Assembly: GCA_964411535.1 (NCBI GenBank)
Contig: CAYPLG010000005.1
Location: forward strand, 1-38,968
Direction: 5' to 3'
DNA: 38,968 nucleotides
Origin: an uncultured Oscillospiraceae bacterium
GTDB taxonomy: Bacteria; Bacillota; Clostridia; Christensenellales; CAG-138
Shown here in pieces: positions 33,695-38,968 of this stretch. Made by a program: the position numbers and the translations under genes. Position 1 is the first letter of the stretch, and the number at the start of each line of letters is the position of its first letter. Under the pieces are notes generated by a model that did not search any database, was not told the DNA's origin, and worked only from the letters and a program-made list of their open reading frames with translations.

Positions 33695-33723
33695 ATTATA
33701 CCATGCGGTATCTGGCATTGCAA
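33695..33723 (-). promoter_or_regulatory. Extended -10 promoter candidate for rplS
   Basis: Minus strand: TTGCAA (33723..33718), 17-nt spacer, TGG-TATAAT (-10 at 33700..33695). It starts 10 nt after the trmD stop and leaves a leader of about 75 nt. Confidence 0.55.
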
Positions 33724-33732
33724 GACATAATT

Positions 33733-34419
33733 TTACGTTTTCGCAGGCAATTTATCCAGCAAATCCGGGCGGTTTTCCCGCGTCTTGGCAACAGCCTGCT
33801 CCTGCCGCCATTTGGCAATATTGGCGTGATGCCCGTTCAAAAGGATCTCCGGCACCTGCATCCCGCGGAAATCCGCAGGGCGCGTATATTGCGGGTATTC
33901 GAGCAATCCCGTGCTGAAGGATTCATCCTGCGCGCTCTCGCTTGAACCGAGTACGCCGGGAATAAACCGGCTTACGCAATCGATCAGCACCATTGCAGGC
34001 AGCTCCCCGCCGGTAAGCACATAATCGCCGATGGAAATCTCCTCGTCGATGACCGACATTACGCGTTCGTCCACGCCCTCATAATGCCCGCAGAGCAGCA
34101 GTAGACGCGGCTCGCAGGATAGCGACTGCGCAAGCGACGGCGTAAGCAGCCGTCCGCGCGGCGTAAGCAAAATCCTGCGTGCAGGCGCATCCGCAAGCAC
34201 CGCCTGCATACAGTCGACAATCGGCTGCACCATCATGACCATGCCCGCGCCGCCGCCGAATGGATAATCGTCGGTTTTATTGTGCTTGTTGTCCGTATAG
34301 TCGCGGATGTTATGCGTTTGGATATCCAGAAGCCCGTTCGCCTGCGCACGCCCAAGCATGCTCGCGCCCAGCGGGCCCGCAAACATCTCCGGAAATATCG
34401 TCAGGATATCAATCCGCAA
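33733..34419 (-). CDS. trmD: tRNA (guanine37-N1)-methyltransferase TrmD
   Basis: [23 protein letters not shown] and [21 protein letters not shown]. The TTG at 34419 lies 9 nt after AGGAGG. The track ORF extends further upstream into rimM. Confidence 0.93.
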   Translation of the reverse strand: MRIDILTIFPEMFAGPLGASMLGRAQANGLLDIQTHNIRDYTDNKHNKTDDYPFGGGAGMVMMVQPIVDCMQAVLADAPARRILLTPRGRLLTPSLAQSLSCEPRLLLLCGHYEGVDERVMSVIDEEISIGDYVLTGGELPAMVLIDCVSRFIPGVLGSSESAQDESFSTGLLEYPQYTRPADFRGMQVPEILLNGHHANIAKWRQEQAVAKTRENRPDLLDKLPAKT

Positions 34420-34936
34420 AGAGGCCGACCTCCTGTAATACCGCCGCGTCGAACACGATGCGCCCATTCTCCGTATCCACCTCATGCAGCACACGTTTGA
34501 GCGCCGGTACCATGAGTTTCCCGTCCGCAATCTCGTATACGTCGTTTGCACCGGTTTCCAGCACATCGGTTACGCACCCGTACACGTTGCCCGCAGTGTC
34601 AAACGTTTCGCAGCCAATCAGATCGGCGACAAAGTACGCGTCCTTTTGCAGCGCAACAACATGCGCGCGATCCACGCAAAGAAACGCGTTTTTGTACTTC
34701 TCCGCTTCCTCCGGCGTGTCGCATCCGTCCAAATGGAGCAGCACCGCGTCCGGTTGCAGCCGCACGTTGCCCGTTTTGACCGGCGTATAGCGGCCGCCCT
34801 GCTCAATAAACGCGTCGCTTAGCGCGCGAAAGCGCGCAGGGTCATCCGTCAGGGGTAAAACCTTGACGTCGCCATGCACGCCGTGACTGCGTACGATCTC
34901 TCCGATGCGCAGATACTTAAGCCTGTTCCTGCTCAA
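34409..34936 (-). CDS. rimM: 16S rRNA processing protein RimM
   Basis: 175 aa. [21 protein letters not shown]-barrel C-terminus, TTG start overlapping the KH gene. This is the conserved position between the KH gene and trmD. Confidence 0.88.
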   Translation of the reverse strand: MSRNRLKYLRIGEIVRSHGVHGDVKVLPLTDDPARFRALSDAFIEQGGRYTPVKTGNVRLQPDAVLLHLDGCDTPEEAEKYKNAFLCVDRAHVVALQKDAYFVADLIGCETFDTAGNVYGCVTDVLETGANDVYEIADGKLMVPALKRVLHEVDTENGRIVFDAAVLQEVGLFAD

Positions 34937-35159
34937 CGATTTCGACCATATACTTTTTGTCTTCCTTCACGCTGGCCGCCTTTACAACCGTGCGGATGGC
35001 CTTGGCAATGCGGCCCTGCCGGCCGATCACCTTGCCCATATCCGACGGCGCAACGGACAGCTCAATGATCATTTCATTGCCGTCCGCATGGCTCTTGACC
35101 ACGACAGCGTTCGGATCATCCACCAGATTGCTGGCGATGTATCGAACCAGTTCTTCCAT
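34917..35159 (-). CDS. KH domain RNA-binding protein (YlqC / UPF0109)
   Basis: 80 aa. VAPSDMGKVIGRQGRIAKAIRTVV contains the GxxG loop. TGAGGA SD. Conserved position after rpsP. Confidence 0.9.
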   Translation of the reverse strand: MEELVRYIASNLVDDPNAVVVKSHADGNEMIIELSVAPSDMGKVIGRQGRIAKAIRTVVKAASVKEDKKYMVEIVEQEQA

Positions 35160-35175
35160 TTCCAGTCCTCAGGCC

Positions 35176-35418
35176 TTACGCGATCACGCCGGTCTTCTTC
35201 AGAAGCGCGCGAACGGTTTCGCTGGGCTGCGCACCCTGCTTCACCCAGTTGGCGGCTTTCTCACTGTCGATATTAATCTCGACGGGGTTGGACAGCGGAT
35301 TGTAGTAGCCAATTTCCTCTACGCAGGCGCCATCGCGCGGCGCACGGCTGTCCGCAACCACAACACGGTAGAAGGGGGCTTTCTTGCCGCCCATGCGGCG
35401 CAGTCTGATTTTCAACAT
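35176..35418 (-). CDS. rpsP: 30S ribosomal protein S16
   Basis: [30 protein letters not shown]. 80 aa. GGAGG SD. Confidence 0.97.
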   Translation of the reverse strand: MLKIRLRRMGGKKAPFYRVVVADSRAPRDGACVEEIGYYNPLSNPVEINIDSEKAANWVKQGAQPSETVRALLKKTGVIA

Positions 35419-35492
35419 TGTTCCAATTCCTCCAATTCAAATATGTCCTCTTTTCTTATGTAAAAGAAAACCGGCAAAAGAAATCTATATCG

Positions 35493-35509
35493 CGGCCGGT
35501 TCCCGGCCG
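35493..35509 (-). terminator. GC-rich hairpin between ffh and rpsP (weak terminator or processing-site candidate)
   Basis: CGGCCGG-ttc-CCGGCCG, a 7-bp perfect stem. On the minus strand the U-rich stretch begins only about 10 nt later. Confidence 0.3.
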
Positions 35510-35524
35510 AAGATACCAAGTCCG

Positions 35525-36862
35525 CTAAAACCCGAACGGAAAGCCGCCCCGCCTGCCTTTTTTCAGCTTGCCGCCGGAAAGCTGCTTCATCATCTGGCGC
35601 GAGCTGTTGAACTGGTTCATCAGGCGGTTGACCTCCTGCACGCTCGTGCCGCTGCCGCGCGCAATTCGCTTCCTGCGGCTGGCCGTGAGAATATCGGGAT
35701 TGTTCCGCTCCTTCTTCGTCATGGAACGGATAATCGCCTTCGTGCGCTCCATCGCCTTCTCGTCGATCTGCACGTTGCCAAGCTGTGATGCAGGCATGCC
35801 GGGAATCATCTTTATGATGTCCTCCATACTACCCATGGACTGCATCTGCTCCATCTGGTCGAGAAAATCGTCGAGCGTAAACGAATTCGTCTTGATTTTC
35901 GTCAACGTTTCCGCGGCTTTCTTCTCGTCAAACGCGGTCTGTGCCCGTTCGATTAAGCTTAGCACATCCCCCATGCCAAGAATTCGGGAAGCCATGCGAT
36001 CCGGATGAAACGATTCAATATCGGATAACTTCTCACCCGTACCGGCAAACTTGATGGGCTTGCCCGTTACCTGCCGCACGGAAAGCGCCGCGCCGCCGCG
36101 CGTATCGCCGTCCAGCTTTGTTAAAATAACGCCCGTCAGCGGAATCGTCTCGTCAAACGTCTTGGCTACGTTCACCGCGTCCTGACCGGTCATGGCGTCC
36201 ACAACCAGCAGCACCTCGGCCGGCTCCGTCGCGCGCACCACGCGCTTCAGCTCGTCCATCATATCGCCGTCGATATGCAGGCGGCCAGCCGTATCGAGGA
36301 TAACCACGTCGCGGAAGGTTCTCTGCGCCTCCGCGACAGCCTCCTTCGCCGTCTGAACCGGGTCCTGCGTACCGCGCTCGAACACGGGAAGGCCGACCTT
36401 TTCACCGACAATCTGCAACTGCGTGATCGCAGCCGGGCGATAGATATCGCATGCGACAAGCAGGGGCGCTTTGCCAAACCGTTTCTGTATGTAGGAACCC
36501 AGCTTGCCGCACATGGTCGTCTTACCGGCGCCCTGCAGGCCTGCCATTAAAATGACGGCGGGCTTTTTGCTGCCGAAATCCAGCGCAACATTCTCCCCGC
36601 CCATGAGCTTGACCAGCTCCTCGTTGACAATGCCGATCACCTGCTGTCCCGGTGTCAGGCTTTCCAGCACATCGTGCCCGACTGCACGCTCCGAAACCCG
36701 CTTTACAAACTCCTTCACCACAAGGAAGTTGACGTCCGCCTCCAGCAGGGCGAGCTTGATTTCGCGCATGGCCTCCGAAACATCCTTTTCCGAAAGCCTT
36801 CCGCGCCCCGTCAGCTTCTTGAATACGGTTTGCAGTTTTTCGGAAATGCCTTCAAACGCCAT
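35525..36862 (-). CDS. ffh: Signal recognition particle protein Ffh
   Basis: 445 aa. NG domain (GLQGAGKTTMCGKL, DTAGR, TKLDGD) plus a Met-rich M domain. Confidence 0.97.
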   Translation of the reverse strand: MAFEGISEKLQTVFKKLTGRGRLSEKDVSEAMREIKLALLEADVNFLVVKEFVKRVSERAVGHDVLESLTPGQQVIGIVNEELVKLMGGENVALDFGSKKPAVILMAGLQGAGKTTMCGKLGSYIQKRFGKAPLLVACDIYRPAAITQLQIVGEKVGLPVFERGTQDPVQTAKEAVAEAQRTFRDVVILDTAGRLHIDGDMMDELKRVVRATEPAEVLLVVDAMTGQDAVNVAKTFDETIPLTGVILTKLDGDTRGGAALSVRQVTGKPIKFAGTGEKLSDIESFHPDRMASRILGMGDVLSLIERAQTAFDEKKAAETLTKIKTNSFTLDDFLDQMEQMQSMGSMEDIIKMIPGMPASQLGNVQIDEKAMERTKAIIRSMTKKERNNPDILTASRRKRIARGSGTSVQEVNRLMNQFNSSRQMMKQLSGGKLKKGRRGGFPFGF

Positions 36863-37184
36863 CGTCGTCCTCCCATATGCCGTTTAGCTCGTTGAGGCCC
36901 TGCAAAATTGCCCGATCCCCGGTCAACCGTTGCAGGTTTTCTATTACGGCCTGCTGCCTGCGTACGCGGGCAATTATGGATAGCTTGCGCTCCATGTCGG
37001 AAAGCTCACGCTCCGCCTTTGCTATTGCGTCGCGCACCGCCTGCCTTGTGATTCCTTCCCGCTCCGCAATCTCGGACAGCGAGCAGTCCTCGTATGCATA
37101 TTGCCTCACAATCGTCCGCTGCCGTTCGGTTAAAAAATCTCCGTACCAGTCCAGCAGCTGACCAAGTTCAACAAGCCGTTCCAT
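36852..37184 (-). CDS. ylxM: YlxM (UPF0122) putative DNA-binding protein of the SRP operon
   Basis: 110 aa. LTERQRTIVRQYAYEDCSLSEIAEREGITRQAVRDAIAKAE, a sigma-70 region-4-like HTH. It overlaps the ffh start by 11 nt. Confidence 0.88.
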   Translation of the reverse strand: MERLVELGQLLDWYGDFLTERQRTIVRQYAYEDCSLSEIAEREGITRQAVRDAIAKAERELSDMERKLSIIARVRRQQAVIENLQRLTGDRAILQGLNELNGIWEDDDGV

Positions 37185-37227
37185 TTCATCACACGCCTGT
37201 AAAGTGATTTTGCTTTACGCCTTGACC

Positions 37228-37255
37228 ATTATACGGGAAACGCAGGAAATGTCAA
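37228..37255 (-). promoter_or_regulatory. Consensus sigma-A promoter candidate for ylxM-ffh
   Basis: Minus strand: TTGACA (37255..37250), 16-nt spacer, TATAAT (37233..37228). Confidence 0.6.
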
Positions 37256-37315
37256 GATACTTTCTTTCATCTATGCAAAAAAGTATCCGTTGCAAGAGAA
37301 ATGCTTGCTTTCATA

Positions 37316-38038
37316 TTATGTTCCGCTCGGTTTGGCGGGCAGCTCCTGCTTCACCTTCAGCGTGCGCAGATACGCCTTTTGCGCATCCGTGATGCGATAG
37401 CTTTCAATTGCCTTTTGAATCGTCTTGTTATGTGTCCATCCATCCAACCGATGGTTCTCAATATACGGAAGCGCGGAGTCATACTGCTTTGCCAGCGCGG
37501 TTGCAAAGTACCATGCTATCATCATATTTACGTAATACGCATCGGAACGAAGCTGCGCCACAAGCTCCAGCGTCTCCGGGAAAAAGGCGTCGTCCAGAAA
37601 AAAGCGCATGAGCATTTCCACGCCAAACCGCACCGTGTATGTTTGCCCGGAGGCAGTCCATTCCTGTATTTTCTCATACAGCTCCGGCAGATGCTTGCAA
37701 AACACCTTCGGCGAAATCATGTCGCATGTCGCCCAGTTGTCGATATAGGGCAAAAAAGCGTCGACGGCCTCGATGCAGGCGTCGTAATCCCGAATCGCCT
37801 CAATGAACGCGCCATGCAGATTGTTCTCCTCATAGTACTGATGCGGCAACATCCGAATAAACGCGGCAGCCTCCGGCGTACCGATCAGTTCCTTCATCAG
37901 TGCGCGGAGCGCGGGCGTGCGAACGCCGATAACAGTTTCCGGGTTGATGGACGGGATCAATTTCCTCTGAAACTCTTTGTACTTCACATCCTGCAGGGCC
38001 ATCAACCTTGCGCGGATTGTTTCCGCCGCGTCAGCCAT
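37316..38038 (-). CDS. DNA alkylation repair protein (AlkD-like HEAT-repeat family)
   Basis: 240 aa. The N-terminus (IRARLMALQDVKYKEFQRKLIPSINPETVIGVRTPALRAL) and WATCDM motif match my recollection of the DNA_alkylation family. Not verified. Confidence 0.65.
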   Translation of the reverse strand: MADAAETIRARLMALQDVKYKEFQRKLIPSINPETVIGVRTPALRALMKELIGTPEAAAFIRMLPHQYYEENNLHGAFIEAIRDYDACIEAVDAFLPYIDNWATCDMISPKVFCKHLPELYEKIQEWTASGQTYTVRFGVEMLMRFFLDDAFFPETLELVAQLRSDAYYVNMMIAWYFATALAKQYDSALPYIENHRLDGWTHNKTIQKAIESYRITDAQKAYLRTLKVKQELPAKPSGT

Positions 38039-38066
38039 TCGTATTTTCCCCCTTGTCTTTTTTCGT

Positions 38067-38096
38067 ATTATACCGCATTTTGGGAAACTGCGCCAA
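38067..38096 (-). promoter_or_regulatory. Promoter candidate for the AlkD-like gene
   Basis: Minus strand: TTGGCG (38096..38091), 18-nt spacer, TATAAT (38072..38067). A GGGGGA SD lies 8 nt before the ATG. Confidence 0.4.
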
Positions 38097-38105
38097 TCGG
38101 AGCCG

Positions 38106-38130
38106 AAAAAGGGCTGCTTTTCAGCAACCC
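38106..38130 (-). terminator. Rho-independent terminator after the S1 gene
   Basis: Minus strand: GGGTTGC-tgaaaa-GCAGCCC (7 bp, one G-U) followed by TTTTTCGG. Confidence 0.75.
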
Positions 38131-38187
38131 TTCCTGACGGTTATTTGGTTTCTACGAAACGGCTCCTTGCAAGTGATTGTATATGCT

Positions 38188-38968
38188 TTAGTCGTCGACC
38201 TTGATACCCTGGAACAGGGATGCCAGAGAAGTGGTGGCTTCCTGCACCGGCGGCAGATCGTAATCGCCATCCTCGCTGTTGCGGCGGCGACGGTCGGTAG
38301 AACGGTCACGGCGGTCAGTGCTGTCGCTGCGACGCTCCGCACGCGGCGCTTCGCTGCGGGTTGCGCGCTGGGACTGCTGCTGCTCACGCTGTTGCGTGCG
38401 CTGCTCCTGCCGCTCCGCATACTGGCGGTCGCGCTCTTCCTTCTCCGCCTGAATCTGCGCAGCCAGCTCCGGATCCTCCTCCAGCAAAGCTTCCTTGCGG
38501 GAGAGGCTGATGCGCTTGGCTTCCGGATTGACTTCCAGTACCTTGCAGCGAACGACGTCGCCAACCTTAAGCTCATCCTCCACCTTCGCAATGCGGTGCG
38601 TGGAAACCTGCGAAATGTGAATCAATCCGTCAATGGTATTCTCCAGCGCAACAAATGCGCCGAACGGAACAATTCGAACAACCTTGCCCTCGACAATCGA
38701 GCCGATCGGATACTTCACGTCCGCCAGCGTCCAGGGTTTGGGCTGCAACTGCTTGTAGCCAAGGGATACCCGCTCCTTGTCAACGTCGACATTCAGGATC
38801 AGGACTTCAATTTCCTGTCCGATGCTGAACACATCGGAGGGATGCTTCACACGGCCCCAAGCCGCGTCGGTCACGTGCACAAGACCGTCGATGCCGCCGA
38901 TATCGACAAATGCGCCGAAATCGGTAATGCGGCGGACGATGCCCTGCACCTTGCTGCCGCTGACAAGC
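38188..38968 (-). CDS. Ribosomal protein S1-like protein (multiple S1 RNA-binding domains); C-terminal part only, gene runs off the right edge
   Basis: The frame stays open to position 38968 (LVSGSKVQGIVRRITDFGAFVDIGGIDGLVHV). A second S1 domain reads GSIVEGKVVRIVPFGAFVALENTIDGLIHISQV. The tail is rich in R/E/Q/D. I cannot tell whether the missing N-terminus is an IspH fusion, as in many Clostridia. Confidence 0.85.
   Translation of the reverse strand, partial: LVSGSKVQGIVRRITDFGAFVDIGGIDGLVHVTDAAWGRVKHPSDVFSIGQEIEVLILNVDVDKERVSLGYKQLQPKPWTLADVKYPIGSIVEGKVVRIVPFGAFVALENTIDGLIHISQVSTHRIAKVEDELKVGDVVRCKVLEVNPEAKRISLSRKEALLEEDPELAAQIQAEKEERDRQYAERQEQRTQQREQQQSQRATRSEAPRAERRSDSTDRRDRSTDRRRRNSEDGDYDLPPVQEATTSLASLFQGIKVDD

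Overview
This 38.97-kb chromosomal window appears to come from a high-GC, spore-forming Firmicute. The evidence is Clostridia-type gene order, a pro-sigma-K gene, a SleB-type hydrolase, and roughly 55-60 percent GC by hand count of sample lines. I call about 38 protein genes. All but two are on the minus strand, and they are tightly packed with many start/stop overlaps: ATGA at ylqF/rnhB and rnhB/yraN, and 8-nt overlaps at comM-like/dprA and topA/trmFO. Most of the content is conserved housekeeping: opp-type ABC permeases plus ATPase, pepP-efp, DUF1846, sigK, mltG, a YlbF-like gene, RNase J, hslVU, trmFO, topA, dprA, a YifB/ComM-type ATPase, yraN-rnhB-ylqF, rplS, trmD-rimM-KH-rpsP, ffh-ylxM, an AlkD-like gene and a partial S1 protein. 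I found no rRNA, tRNA, CRISPR array, transposase, integrase or recognisable defence gene, and I do not see a convincing new multi-gene system. Five things deserve a second look. (1) A low-GC cassette of about 2.2 kb lies between sigK and mltG. It is bounded by an exact 12-nt direct repeat, and its single large membrane-protein gene is split exactly at a T7 slippery run. (2) A 1,302-codon ORF fuses a CBM-like domain to two GT-C glycosyltransferase modules. Together with a zinc-ribbon/Sel1-repeat membrane protein, it sits between yraN and the comM-like gene. (3) A hyper-acidic zinc-ribbon protein with a CGCGCGC tail lies downstream of pepP-efp. (4) A 16-bp perfect palindrome is centred on the -35 of the opp promoter. 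(5) The DUF1846 gene appears to be leaderless. All family assignments come from motif recognition by eye. No database search was possible, and several start codons were re-chosen from SD spacing, so they are provisional.
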